DNA of 64,000 nucleotides from Thermaerobacter marianensis (GTDB taxonomy: Bacteria > Bacillota > Sulfobacillia > DVGY01), in assembly GCA_020724425.1 (NCBI GenBank), contig DYGY01000001.1, positions 19,080-83,079 on the forward strand. Reading direction: 5' to 3'. Every line of letters starts with the position of its first letter. The stretch's first letter is position 1. Below, in pieces: positions 9,064 through 21,243 of the stretch. Below the pieces are notes generated by a model. It was not told where the DNA came from. It was given only the letters and a program-made list of their open reading frames with translations, and ran no database searches. Both the position numbers and the translations under genes were made by a program.

Positions 9064-10260
9064 TTGATGACAAAAAATGCTTTAATCTCAATTATTATTG
9101 CCTTAATGATTTTTTCAATTCCCGGGGATGCTAGTGCAATGTCGGGATATTCGGCTAAGGCAGGTCTGGTTCTTGATCCTGTTAGTGGTCTGGTTTTGGT
9201 TGATATAAATGGTTATGAGGAGTTGGCAATGGCTAGTACAACAAAGGTTATGACAGCTATTCTGGCCATTGAGTTAGGTAACCTTGATGATGAGGTTACT
9301 GTATCTAGTTATGCTGCGAGCACTACTGGGTCTAGTATGGCTTTAAGCACAGGGCAGAAACTAACTCTAAATGATCTTTTGTATGGTCTTATGCTTCGTA
9401 GTGGTAATGATGCTGCTGTAGCTATTGCTGAACATATTGGTGGCAGTGAAGCAGAGTTTGTATATTTGATGAACAAAAAAGCAAAAGAGCTTGGTTTAGA
9501 GCAGACTCAGTATCTAGATCCCCATGGTTTGGGTGGTCTAGGGCACTATACGACAGCCTATGATTTAGCTCTTTTGACGGCCTATGCAATGGAGATTTCT
9601 TTGTTTCGTGAAGTGGTAGAGGCTAGGGAATATACATATATGGTAAATGGTGAGGAAGTCACTTTGTATAATATTAATCGTTTTCTTAGCAGTTATGAGG
9701 GAGCTACAGGGGTAAAGACAGGCTATACTTCGGCTGCTGGTCAGTGCATTACAGCTTCAGCTAAGAGGGATGGCTGGGAGTTAATTGGGGTTGTTTTAGG
9801 TTCTGCTTATGGAGAGCTTGTTAAGGATGCAACCTTGCTATTGGATTATGCTTATGCTTCCTATGATTTGGTAAGGGTGGTTAGAAAAGAGAGCTGGCAG
9901 GATACTTTGGTTATCTTGGATGGAGAAGAAGATTCGGTTATGGTGGGGTTATGGGAAGATGTCTGGTTACCTGTATCTACAGGGGATAACTCTCAAAAGT
10001 ACCATCAAGAGATTATCTGGTATTATGAGGATGAGATTTCTGCTCCTGTTCCTGCGGGGCTGGTTGTTGGCCAGCTGGTTGTATATAATGAAGATGGTCA
10101 AAAGGTTGGCAGTACCTTTATCTATGTTATGGATACAGTATTAGAGAAACCTAAGATTGAGATTCCCTGGTGGTGGGTGCTTTTAGGAGTGTATGCTCCC
10201 TGGAGAATCTATGTACAGGTACAGAGGAGAAAGGAACATAACTTTTCAATTAAATGGTGA
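9064..10260 (+). CDS. D-alanyl-D-alanine carboxypeptidase (peptidase S11, DacB/DacF-like)
   Basis: ASTTK (SxxK), SGN, KTG motifs, signal peptide, hydrophobic C-terminus. Confidence 0.93.
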   Translation: MMTKNALISIIIALMIFSIPGDASAMSGYSAKAGLVLDPVSGLVLVDINGYEELAMASTTKVMTAILAIELGNLDDEVTVSSYAASTTGSSMALSTGQKLTLNDLLYGLMLRSGNDAAVAIAEHIGGSEAEFVYLMNKKAKELGLEQTQYLDPHGLGGLGHYTTAYDLALLTAYAMEISLFREVVEAREYTYMVNGEEVTLYNINRFLSSYEGATGVKTGYTSAAGQCITASAKRDGWELIGVVLGSAYGELVKDATLLLDYAYASYDLVRVVRKESWQDTLVILDGEEDSVMVGLWEDVWLPVSTGDNSQKYHQEIIWYYEDEISAPVPAGLVVGQLVVYNEDGQKVGSTFIYVMDTVLEKPKIEIPWWWVLLGVYAPWRIYVQVQRRKEHNFSIKW

Positions 10261-10304
10261 TGTGTTAGAATATTGCCGGATTCAACGAGGAGAGGAAGAT
10301 AGTT

Positions 10305-11051
10305 ATGGCGGGTCATTCTAAATGGGCTAATCGCAAACACAGGAAAGAAAGACAGGATGCCAAGAAGGGTAAGGTTTTTTCAAAGATGGCAAGGGAGATT
10401 ACTCTTGCTGCTAGGCAGGGTGGCGATTTAGATACTAACAACAGGTTGAGGCTTGCTGTTGAGAAGGCTAAAGAGCTAGGTGTACCTAATGAGAACATAG
10501 ACAGAGCGATTAAGAGAGGTACTGGAGAACTTGGTGGTGCAGATTATGAAGAGTTGATGTATGAAGGCTACGGCCCTGGTGGAGTTGCGTTGCTTTTAGA
10601 TATAGCTACTGATAATCGTAACCGGACTGCAGGAGATGTCCGCTTCATCTTTTCAAAATATGGTGGCAATATGGCTGAATCTGGGGCTGTAGCTTGGATG
10701 TTTGAACGTAAAGGCACCATCACTATTGATAAGTCTGAAGCGCTAGATGCTGATGAATTAATGCTTAATGCTTTAGAGGCAGGTGCAGAAGATATTAAAG
10801 AGGATGAAGAGAATTTTACGGTGATTGCTTCTCCTCAGGATATTGCTGGGGTTGCTGAAGGGTTAGCTGCGATGGGTATAGATGTATCCACCACCGATAT
10901 TACTATGCTACCAACTAATGAAGTAACTGTGGGTGGGAAGGATGCTGAAAAACTAATGGTTCTTCTGGATGCTTTGGAGGATCATGATGATGTACAGGAT
11001 ATCTATGGTAACTTTGTTTTTGATGAAGAAACTTTAGCTTCCATGGAATAG
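10305..11051 (+). CDS. yebC: YebC/PmpR family protein
   Basis: MAGHSKWAN, YEGYGPGGVA, DNRNRT, DDVQ. Confidence 0.96.
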   Translation: MAGHSKWANRKHRKERQDAKKGKVFSKMAREITLAARQGGDLDTNNRLRLAVEKAKELGVPNENIDRAIKRGTGELGGADYEELMYEGYGPGGVALLLDIATDNRNRTAGDVRFIFSKYGGNMAESGAVAWMFERKGTITIDKSEALDADELMLNALEAGAEDIKEDEENFTVIASPQDIAGVAEGLAAMGIDVSTTDITMLPTNEVTVGGKDAEKLMVLLDALEDHDDVQDIYGNFVFDEETLASME

Positions 11052-11081
11052 GAATATACCCTCCCGTTTTGATTAATACTA
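11052..11081 (+). promoter_or_regulatory. SigG/SigF-type forespore promoter for the bofC-like gene
   Basis: GAATA-18 nt-AATACTA; bofC is under forespore sigma control in B. subtilis. Confidence 0.45.
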
Positions 11082-11118
11082 AGGGTGCAACCCGAAAGTA
11101 TAGTCGGGAGGGATTTGT

Positions 11119-11736
11119 TTGTATAAGAAGCTTTTCTTTGATAACTGGAAGACTGCTTTAACTTCAGTTGTAGTCATTATTCTTGGTTTGGTAACAGGCT
11201 TTTATATGTCTCTTAATGTGCAGGAGGTTCCGGATCCTCATGTTGAACTGCCTAAAGAACAGTTTGGTGAAGCAAGATCTCTTTCCTGGCCTGGATTAGG
11301 AAAAGATGATGGCAGACAAAGACTGGTGGCTTCGGCAGGACCTGTGGTTCAACCTGGGACAAGTCTCTTTAGAACTGTTCTCTATCGAGATTGTGGTTTG
11401 GTAGAGAGTACTGTGGAGGGAGTACCTGAAGAATGGATTGGTCTTTCTTCGGTAATGTTAAACCAGGTACTAGATGACTGGCATGTGGTTAGTCTTGATG
11501 CTTCCACGTTGCATATTCTGAATCGTAGTAGAGATGATTGCCCTAAAGGTCAGGGAGTTACTTTAGGAAGCAGAGATGGAAAGTTAGTTGTCTATCAAGG
11601 TAATGGTTTGCTTTTAAGGGAGACAGAGTTCTCTTTGGATCGTCTGTTGCCTAGTGAAAGGGAAGTGTTGCTGGAAGGTATCTTTTTTGAAACTGAAGAG
11701 GAAGCTCTAAAATATCTGGAGGGACTCGGAGAGTAG
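11119..11736 (+). CDS. bofC: BofC C-terminal domain-containing protein
   Basis: N-terminal TM; C-terminal G..DG.L.VY.G...ET......L...E...L..GI......EA...LE.L pattern; synteny upstream of ruv. Confidence 0.65.
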   Translation: MYKKLFFDNWKTALTSVVVIILGLVTGFYMSLNVQEVPDPHVELPKEQFGEARSLSWPGLGKDDGRQRLVASAGPVVQPGTSLFRTVLYRDCGLVESTVEGVPEEWIGLSSVMLNQVLDDWHVVSLDASTLHILNRSRDDCPKGQGVTLGSRDGKLVVYQGNGLLLRETEFSLDRLLPSEREVLLEGIFFETEEEALKYLEGLGE

Positions 11737-11835
11737 CGTGTGGCTACTCTCTTTTTAGAAGGATAGAGGGAAATAGTGTAGAACTCTCTTAAGAACAAGG
11801 GAGGTGAAACCTGGTTTTTTAGACCAGGTTATGTT

Positions 11836-12333
11836 ATGCGTATTTTAGGTATTGACCCGGGTACGGCAATAACCGGATATGGTTTGATAGAGAGCAAAGG
11901 GTATGACTTAAATCCTGTTGCTTATGGCATTCTTGATACTCAAGCAGGATTGCCTAGCTCGGAAAGACTTAAGCAACTATATGAACAGATGGCACAGTTA
12001 TTAGAAGAGGCTCAGGCTGATCTGGTGGCAGTAGAGCAACTATTCTTCAACAAGAATGTTAGGACAGCTCTAAGTGTTGGTGAGGCAAGAGGAGTAATTC
12101 TTTTGGCTATAGCTGATAAGGGGATCCCTGTAGTGGAGTATACGCCACCACAGGTTAAAATGGCAGTTACAGGGTATGGTAAAGCTGATAAAAGGCAGGT
12201 TCAGCTTATGGTTAGATCAATTCTAGGGCTTAATAAGATTCCTAGCCCGGATGATGCGGCAGATGCTTTAGCTGTGGCTGTATGTGCAGCACATAGCTAT
12301 TCTCTAGAGCAGAGACTCTCAAAGGAAAAGTAG
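11836..12333 (+). CDS. ruvC: Holliday junction resolvase RuvC
   Basis: ILGIDPG, VAVEQLFF, PDDAADALAVA. Confidence 0.96.
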   Translation: MRILGIDPGTAITGYGLIESKGYDLNPVAYGILDTQAGLPSSERLKQLYEQMAQLLEEAQADLVAVEQLFFNKNVRTALSVGEARGVILLAIADKGIPVVEYTPPQVKMAVTGYGKADKRQVQLMVRSILGLNKIPSPDDAADALAVAVCAAHSYSLEQRLSKEK

Positions 12334-12341
12334 GGGGAAAG

Positions 12342-12920
12342 ATGATAGGATATTTAAGGGGACAAGTCCTTGGTTATGGTAGTGATTTTGTGTTGCTTCA
12401 AGTTGGGGGAATAGGTTTTAAGGTTTTTGTACCAGCTAATTTAAGAGGTATGGATAAAGGTGAGCTAGAGGTATATACCCATCTACATATTCGGGAGGAT
12501 GATTTTTCTCTTTATGGTTTTGCTAGCAAAGAGGAATTAGAGGTTTTTGAGCTTTTGTTAGGTGTTTCTGGGGTTGGTCCAAGATTGGCTTTAGGGATTG
12601 TTTCTTTTAGAAAAACAGATGAGCTCTTAAGAGATATAAGTCAGGAAGATGTGGTTAGATTATCGGAGTTACCTGGGATTGGCAAAAAGACAGCTCAAAA
12701 AATGATCCTTGAGTTAAAGGACAAGATTGGTGATATTGAAACTGAACCTGTGGTTGTTTCAACCTCTGTTGTGGAGGATGCGATTTTGGCTTTAATGGGT
12801 CTTGGGTATTCCAGAAATGAGGCTTCAGGAGCAGTTGATGGATTGGGGAAGGAGTTTCTGGCAACTTCTGAGGATGTGCTAACTATTGTGCAAAGAGCCC
12901 TCCAGAAACTTGATAAATAG
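12342..12920 (+). CDS. ruvA: Holliday junction branch migration protein RuvA
   Basis: YTHLHIRED..LYGF, VSGVGPRLAL, LPGIGKKTA. Confidence 0.96.
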   Translation: MIGYLRGQVLGYGSDFVLLQVGGIGFKVFVPANLRGMDKGELEVYTHLHIREDDFSLYGFASKEELEVFELLLGVSGVGPRLALGIVSFRKTDELLRDISQEDVVRLSELPGIGKKTAQKMILELKDKIGDIETEPVVVSTSVVEDAILALMGLGYSRNEASGAVDGLGKEFLATSEDVLTIVQRALQKLDK

Positions 12921-12935
12921 ACGGAGGTTTTTGTT

Positions 12936-13952
12936 GTGAAAGAGAGAATAATATCGGGAAATGTCAGAGATGAAGAACTGGTTATGGAACAGTCCTTAAG
13001 ACCGGAATATTTAGGAGAGTTTATTGGTCAGGCTAAGGTAAAAGAGAGGCTTGATATTTATATTTCGGCTGCTAAAGAGAGGGAAGAGGCTTTAGATCAT
13101 GTGCTTCTTTATGGGCCTCCCGGACTTGGCAAAACTACTTTAGCCAACATTATTGCTAGGGAGTTGGGGGTGGGGATTAGAATGACTTCTGGTCCCGCTA
13201 TTGAACGCCCTGGAGATCTGGCAGCCATATTAAGTAATTTGCAGTATGGTGATGTTCTCTTTATTGATGAAATTCACAGGTTGAATAAGGTGGTTGAAGA
13301 GGTACTGTATCCCGCTATGGAGGATTTTGCTTTAGATATTATTTTAGGTAAAGGACCTGGAGCTAGATCTGTCAGGTTGGATTTACCCAAGTTTACCCTT
13401 ATTGGCGCTACTACCAGAGCTGGTCGTCTAACTTCACCGTTAAGGGATAGATTCGGCGTTATTACAAGGTTAGAATACTATAAAGAAGAAGACCTTATGG
13501 AGATAGTCATTAGGGCGGCAAAGATTCTTTCATTGGAGATAGAAACAGATGCTGCTAGAGAGGTGGCTAGAAGGTCTAGAGGTACACCAAGAGTGGCTAA
13601 CAGGCTATTAAAAAGATTAAGGGATTATGCTCAGGTAAGAGCTGATGGCAGATTGACTCTTAAGGTAGCGGAAGAGGGTCTGAGAATGCTTGAAATTGAT
13701 GAGTTAGGTCTTGATAAGAGTGATCAAAGACTACTAAAGGTAATTATTGAGCACTATGGTGGAGGACCTGTAGGTGTTCAGAATCTAGCGGCTGCTATCA
13801 GTGAAGAAGTGGAGACAATTGAGGATGTCTATGAGCCATACTTAATGCAAATGGGACTTCTAAAGCGTACTCCTAGAGGCAGGATGGCAACTGAACAGAC
13901 ATATACTCACTTAGGCCTTAAGGTTCCTGATAGACAGGAGCGGTTTTGGTAA
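12936..13952 (+). CDS. ruvB: Holliday junction helicase RuvB
   Basis: [32 protein letters not shown]. Confidence 0.97.
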   Translation: MKERIISGNVRDEELVMEQSLRPEYLGEFIGQAKVKERLDIYISAAKEREEALDHVLLYGPPGLGKTTLANIIARELGVGIRMTSGPAIERPGDLAAILSNLQYGDVLFIDEIHRLNKVVEEVLYPAMEDFALDIILGKGPGARSVRLDLPKFTLIGATTRAGRLTSPLRDRFGVITRLEYYKEEDLMEIVIRAAKILSLEIETDAAREVARRSRGTPRVANRLLKRLRDYAQVRADGRLTLKVAEEGLRMLEIDELGLDKSDQRLLKVIIEHYGGGPVGVQNLAAAISEEVETIEDVYEPYLMQMGLLKRTPRGRMATEQTYTHLGLKVPDRQERFW

Positions 13953-13954
13953 GG

Positions 13955-14145
13955 ATGGAGTCTTTAGCAAAGATTTTAATTATGATGGGAGTGGTCCTCA
14001 TTGCTTGGGGCTGCTCTTTTTAGTATTTGGAAAGATCTCTCTGCCTGGAAACTTTGTCTCTTGTTGGGGGTTCAACCACTATCTATTTCCCTTTCGGAAC
14101 AGCTATTCTAATTAGCGTTATTTTAACAATTTCCTAAGGAGATAG
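13955..14145 (+). pseudogene. DUF2905 (YrzS-like) pseudogene with about three frameshifts
   Basis: Successive frames give MESLAKILIMMGVVLIA / GLLFLVFGKISLPGNFV / STTIYFPFGTAILISVILTI / FLRR*, matching the DUF2905 pattern at its usual post-ruvB position. Confidence 0.7.
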
Positions 14146-14152
14146 CTACGGA

Positions 14153-14176
14153 CAGAAAATAGCTGGATTAAGCGAA
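14153..14176 (+). promoter_or_regulatory. Candidate SigI-dependent autoregulatory promoter
   Basis: CAGAAA-14 nt-CGAA fits the clostridial SigI consensus CNNAAA-N13/14-CGWA. Confidence 0.5.
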
Positions 14177-14201
14177 GGTTATGGTAGGATGAGGTGTAAA
14201 G

Positions 14202-14867
14202 TTGATGCCATGGAAGAACAATGATCCCGAAGTAAGGCTTGAGAAGATATATAACGGGGATCAACAGGCAAGAGAAGAACTAATCAAAGATTATACCCCT
14301 TTTATCCTGTCAGTGGCTTCAAAGCTAAGTGGAAGGTTTATTAGGCTTGAAGATGAAGAAGCAAGTATAGCTATGATTGCTTTTAATGAAGCTATTGATG
14401 GTTACAGGAAAGAAAGAGGTGGCTTTATTGCCTTTGCTGAAATAGTTATCAAGAGAAGGTTAATCGATTACTACCGCAGGGAAAAGAAGTATAGAAGTCA
14501 GGTACCTTTGGCGGAAGAGCTTTTGGTTGCAAACAGTGAAGAGAGTCTTTATACAAGGATAGAGGTTGAAGAGTATAAAATCAGGTTACAGGAGTTTAAT
14601 CTGACCTTTGCTGAGCTTGTTAGCCAGAGTCCAAAACATGTTGATAGTAGAAGGCAGGCCTGTCAGATTGGTCATACCATTGCCATTACTGCTGAATATC
14701 GGGAATATTTGTTAGAAAAAAAGAGTTTGCCTTTAAAAAGTCTAGAGAGTGATCAGAGAATTACTGTTTCTAGAAAGACTCTAGAGAGACAGCGTAAATA
14801 CATTATCGCTGTTGCTTTGATATATATTTACGATTTAGAGACTTTAGAAGAGTATGTCAATTTTTAA
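14202..14867 (+). CDS. sigI: RNA polymerase sigma-I factor
   Basis: REELIKDY.PFI, DEE.SIAMIAFNEAID, FAE.VIKRRLIDY, PKH.D.R, RKTLERQRKYII. Confidence 0.92.
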   Translation: MMPWKNNDPEVRLEKIYNGDQQAREELIKDYTPFILSVASKLSGRFIRLEDEEASIAMIAFNEAIDGYRKERGGFIAFAEIVIKRRLIDYYRREKKYRSQVPLAEELLVANSEESLYTRIEVEEYKIRLQEFNLTFAELVSQSPKHVDSRRQACQIGHTIAITAEYREYLLEKKSLPLKSLESDQRITVSRKTLERQRKYIIAVALIYIYDLETLEEYVNF

Positions 14868-14870
14868 GGA

Positions 14871-15876
14871 GTGCACAAGGTGAAAAAAGGTATCTTGTTA
14901 GAAAAGCATAAGAGATACTGGTTAGTTCTCACCAGTCAGGGAGAGTTTAAGAAGATCTCTCCTAAAAGGAGTGGAGAAATAGGGGGAGAGGTGTCTCTAG
15001 GGTATTCCTTTAGCAGGATGGTTTTGCAGGCTGCAGCTCTTCTTTTAGTATTCTTTTTGTCTGCTTCTTTCTTTGTTTCCTATACAACTGTTGCTGCTTA
15101 TGTAACTGTTGATATTAATCCTAGTGTGGAGTTAGGGTTAAACCGCTATGGCTTAGTAATAGATATGAAGGCTTTGAATGAAGAAGGTCAGGTAGTCTTA
15201 CCGGAGAAGAAGTTTTTTAGGAATCTAGATGATACAGTGCAGGAGATTGTTGATTCAGCTATTTCAAATGGGTATTTAGCTCTTGATAAAGAGGAGGAAA
15301 ACGTAATACTATTAGGGTTAAGTGCAAGTGACAATCTGGATCGATGGACTAAAGAACTAGATGAGGTTGTCAAGCATACCTCTAGTTCTATAGGATCTGG
15401 GGTAGAGGTTAAAGTTATTAATGCGGGAGTAGATTCTGAGATTCGGGTTCGTGCTAGTGAGCTGGATATGTCTTTAGGTAAGTATCTTCTTTATGAGAAA
15501 GTGGAGTCTTTTGTAGTTGATCTTGATGAAGATGTCTTAAAAGAGAGTCTTGGTAAGGGTGGTATAGCGGGTTTTGCCAAGGAACTCGGAGTTAGTCCTT
15601 CAGAACTTGTAAGGAATGCTGATGATAAGGAGAAACTTAAAGAGGTATTTAGACCTGGTATGCCAGAGGATATTAAAGACGATAGAGGAGTTAATCAACC
15701 TGAAGATGCTCCGCAAGGCCAAGTAGAACAATCTCCCGGAGATAGTCAGGAGAAACAAGGTATGCCCAAGGACATTCCCAGAGGTAGAGAGTTTGATGGG
15801 GATGATAAGCCTCAGGGGCAGAATGAGGTTCCTATTAAAGGTGGACCTAAAAGGAATATAGAGGGTGAAGAGATTA

Positions 15877-15887
<11 letters not shown>
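14871..15887 (+). CDS. rsgI: Anti-sigma-I factor RsgI
   Basis: RsgI_N (G.LLE....LVLT..GEF.KI), TM, YVTVDINPS.EL (Asn-Pro autocleavage motif), low-complexity P/Q/G/D tail. Confidence 0.88.
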
Positions 15888-18032
<2,145 letters not shown>

Positions 18033-18050
18033 GAAATAGTTGAGAAATCA

Positions 18051-18079
18051 AAAGGATTTTGCAACCTATCGTCGAAGAA
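18051..18079 (+). promoter_or_regulatory. SigH-type promoter for yajC
   Basis: AAAGGATTT-11 nt-GTCGAAGAA. Confidence 0.55.
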
Positions 18080-18111
18080 CAATGGGGTGTAATGAGAAGG
18101 GAGTGTGAAAT

Positions 18112-18375
18112 GTGGAATTATTTCAACTACTGTTACCTTTTATTGTTTTGTTTGGTTTGATGTATCTAATGATTATCAGGCCTCAGCAGAAGCAGCAAAA
18201 GGAACGTAATGCTATGCTCAATGCTCTTGAAGTGGGGGATAAGGTTATCACTATAGGGGGTATTGTCGGTACAATTACCCGGATTAAGGATGATATTGTA
18301 TTTCTAAGGATTGCTCCACAGGTAGAGATTGAGTTAAAGAGATCTGGTGTTTCTGGTATTGAAAAAGCAGAGTAG
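18112..18375 (+). CDS. yajC: Preprotein translocase subunit YajC
   Basis: IRPQQKQQK, GDKVITIGGI.G; follows tgt. Confidence 0.95.
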   Translation: MELFQLLLPFIVLFGLMYLMIIRPQQKQQKERNAMLNALEVGDKVITIGGIVGTITRIKDDIVFLRIAPQVEIELKRSGVSGIEKAE

Positions 18376-18442
18376 CTAGTGAGGCCAAGTGTTTCTATGG
18401 CGGAGATGCTTGGTCTTCCTGAATTTTAGGGGAGGGAAAAGC

Positions 18443-18676
18443 GTGGGGGCTGCCAAGAAAGGTAAGGGAATCCCGATCATAGAGGTTAATGCTGAGTGGT
18501 GCAAAAGATGTGGTATCTGTATTGATTTTTGTCCAACCGATGTTTATGACAGAGCTGAAGATGGTCTCCCATTGGTGGCTAGGGGCGATGATTGTATCTG
18601 GTGTGATTTATGTGAGTTACGTTGCCCTGATTTTGCTATCAATTTGAAGCCAAAGGAAGGTGAGGCTGTTTCATGA
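18443..18676 (+). CDS. korD: 2-oxoacid:ferredoxin oxidoreductase delta subunit (2x[4Fe-4S])
   Basis: CKRCGICIDFCP and CIWCDLCELRCP. Confidence 0.88.
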   Translation: MGAAKKGKGIPIIEVNAEWCKRCGICIDFCPTDVYDRAEDGLPLVARGDDCIWCDLCELRCPDFAINLKPKEGEAVS

Positions 18677-19809
18677 AAGAACCAGTTGTTAAGTTAATGC
18701 AGGGTAATGAGGCTTGTACAGAAGCAGCCCTAGCGGCAGGATGTAGTTTTTATGCAGGTTATCCTATTACACCGTCAACTGAGATTGCTGAGTTAATGGC
18801 TGAAAGGCTGCCGATTTATGGTGGTCGTTTTATTCAGATGGAAGATGAGATTGCCAGTATGGCAGCAGTTATCGGTGCTTCATTAACTGGAGCTAAGTCA
18901 TTAACTGCTACCAGTGGTCCTGGTTTTTCTTTGAAACAAGAGAATATTGGTTATGCTTCTTTAACTGAGGTACCTGTGGTTGTTGTCAATGTGCAGAGGG
19001 TTGGTCCGAGTACTGGTATGGCCACATCTCCGGCTCAAGGTGATGTCATGCAGGCTCGCTGGGGTACCCATGGTGATCATCCAATTGTTGTTTTGGCACC
19101 TAGTTCAGTACAGGAGACTTATGAGATCACCATAGAGGCCTTTAATATCGCTGAAGAACTAAGGGTTCCTGTAATTCTTCTCCTTGATGAAGTCATTGGT
19201 CATATGAGAGAGAAGATAGTCATTCCAGATAAGGACTCTTTAAAGATTACTAATCGGAAGAAGACTGATGCTAGACCTGAGGATTTCTTGCCTTACAAGG
19301 CTGATGAAGACGGTGTTCCCCCGATGGCTGATTTTGGTACCGGGTATCGTACTCATGTTACCGGTCTTTTCCATGATGAGACTGGGTTCCCCACAGGTGA
19401 TCCTAAGAAAGCTGATGCTTTGTTAAGAAGATTGCATGAGAAATTGGATAAAGCAAAGGATAGAATTACTTTAGTTGAAGAAATAGAGACTGAAGATGCT
19501 GATATTGTGCTTTTCGCTTATGGCTCTTCGGCAAGACCTGCCTTAAGTGCCTTAAGGCAGGCAAGGGAACTGGGTATTAAGGTTGGCCTTATTAAGCCAA
19601 TCACTATCTGGCCTTTCCCTGAGGAAGTTGTTGATAGGGTGGCAAAAAAGGCTAAGACTATCATTGTTCCGGAGATGAATCTTGGGCAGCTCATTAGGGA
19701 AGTTGAGAGAGCTTCTAGGGGTCAGGCTGATGTTATCGGTCTTAATCGGGTAGATGGTGAGCTCTTTAAGCCAGAAGAGATTTTAGAGAAGATCAAGGAG
19801 GTGCGCTAA
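18673..19809 (+). CDS. korA: 2-oxoacid (likely 2-oxoglutarate):ferredoxin oxidoreductase alpha subunit
   Basis: QGNEA, AGYPITPSTE, QMEDE, TATSGPG.SL, QARWG.HGD. Confidence 0.9.
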   Translation: MKEPVVKLMQGNEACTEAALAAGCSFYAGYPITPSTEIAELMAERLPIYGGRFIQMEDEIASMAAVIGASLTGAKSLTATSGPGFSLKQENIGYASLTEVPVVVVNVQRVGPSTGMATSPAQGDVMQARWGTHGDHPIVVLAPSSVQETYEITIEAFNIAEELRVPVILLLDEVIGHMREKIVIPDKDSLKITNRKKTDARPEDFLPYKADEDGVPPMADFGTGYRTHVTGLFHDETGFPTGDPKKADALLRRLHEKLDKAKDRITLVEEIETEDADIVLFAYGSSARPALSALRQARELGIKVGLIKPITIWPFPEEVVDRVAKKAKTIIVPEMNLGQLIREVERASRGQADVIGLNRVDGELFKPEEILEKIKEVR

Positions 19810-20636
19810 TGGCCACAGAAGAACTGTTAGATGAACATTTTCGGGTAGAGACGATGCCTCATATTTGGTGTCCGGGTTGTGGTCACGGCATTGTCCTTGG
19901 TGCTTTGATGAGAGCTCTGGAAAAGAGTGGTTTTGAGAGAGATAAAACAGTTATTGTTTCTGGTATCGGATGTTCTTCAAGGGCTACAGGTTATCTAGAT
20001 TATGATACTTTACACACTACTCATGGTAGGGCATTGGCTTTTGCTACCGGTGTAAAGCTTGCTAATCCAGAGCTAAATGTGGTAGTTATCACTGGTGATG
20101 GTGATGCTTCCGCTATTGGTGGAAATCATTTTATCCATGCCGCTAGAAGGAACATCGATATAACTACGATTATCTTTAACAACAGTATTTATGGTATGAC
20201 TGGTGGGCAGTATTCTCCTGAGACTCCTGAGGCTAGTTGGGCAACAACCTCTCCTTATGGTCATATTGAGAGAACCTTTGACTTAGCTGAGTTAGCTAAG
20301 GCTGCTGGAGCTTCTTATGTAGCAAGAGGTACAACCTATCATGTTAATCCTTTAAGCAATTACATGTTAAAGGCATTGAAGAAGAAGGGTTTTTCTGTTG
20401 TTGAGGCCATTAGTGGTTGTCCTACCTATTTTGGTCGTAAGAATAAGATGCCTACAGGTACACTAATGCTACAATGGCAAAAAGATAGTGCAGTACCCAG
20501 AACAAAGGCAGATAAGCTGTCTGCTGAAGAAATGAAGGGCAAATTCGTTATTGGGGAACTGCAGGATATTGATCTACCAGAATATACAGAGGAATATGGC
20601 AAGGTTATTAAGAAGGCTCAGGAGAGGAGGCGGTAG
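19809..20636 (+). CDS. korB: 2-oxoacid:ferredoxin oxidoreductase beta subunit
   Basis: WCPGCG, SGIGCS, HTTHGRA, GDGD TPP motif, YGMTGGQ. Confidence 0.92.
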   Translation: MATEELLDEHFRVETMPHIWCPGCGHGIVLGALMRALEKSGFERDKTVIVSGIGCSSRATGYLDYDTLHTTHGRALAFATGVKLANPELNVVVITGDGDASAIGGNHFIHAARRNIDITTIIFNNSIYGMTGGQYSPETPEASWATTSPYGHIERTFDLAELAKAAGASYVARGTTYHVNPLSNYMLKALKKKGFSVVEAISGCPTYFGRKNKMPTGTLMLQWQKDSAVPRTKADKLSAEEMKGKFVIGELQDIDLPEYTEEYGKVIKKAQERRR

Positions 20637-20637
20637 T

Positions 20638-21198
20638 ATGCAGCGTTATGAGATTCGTCTAGCAGGTACAGGTGGTCAGGGTCAGATACTTGCCGGTATT
20701 ATCCTTGCTGAAGCTGCCGCTATCTATGAGGGACTTAATGCTGTACAGAGTCAAAGCTATGGTCCTGAATCCCGTGGTGGTGCTAGCAAAGCTGAAGTTG
20801 TTATTAGTGATGGTGAGATTGATTATCCTAAAGTAACGGTCCCTGACTTTTTGCTGGTAATGAGCAAGGATGCCTGGGGAAAGTATGGGCAGGGTATTGG
20901 TTCGAAGACCAAGATTTTGATTGACAGTACTCTAGTCAGTATTGAACAGGATAGTGTACCTGAGGGAACTAGGCTATATAAGTTACCTATTACTGGTATG
21001 GCTAAGGATTTGGGTAAAGAGATTGTGGCTAATATTGTTGCTTTAGGAGCTATAACTGCCATATCAGGTGTGGTAAGCAGGGATGCGGTGGAAAAGGCTG
21101 TTTTAAGCCGGGTGCCAAAGGGAACAGAGGAATTAAACAAAAAGGCATTGTCAGCAGGATATGATGCTGCCATGAGTCTTGTCGCGGTAGAAGAGTAG
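20638..21198 (+). CDS. korC: 2-oxoacid:ferredoxin oxidoreductase gamma subunit
   Basis: AGTGGQGQILAG, SYGPESRGG.S. Confidence 0.9.
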   Translation: MQRYEIRLAGTGGQGQILAGIILAEAAAIYEGLNAVQSQSYGPESRGGASKAEVVISDGEIDYPKVTVPDFLLVMSKDAWGKYGQGIGSKTKILIDSTLVSIEQDSVPEGTRLYKLPITGMAKDLGKEIVANIVALGAITAISGVVSRDAVEKAVLSRVPKGTEELNKKALSAGYDAAMSLVAVEE

Positions 21199-21243
21199 TT
21201 TATAAATTTAAAGGTCTTTCAATAACTTGGAGGAGGGTCACCT

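Noticed and set aside
15660-15850. Repeat-like sequence in the rsgI tail as a possible CRISPR or tandem repeat
   Set aside because: Only a degenerate two-copy peptide repeat within a CDS; no spacer-repeat periodicity; I saw no CRISPR array anywhere in the window
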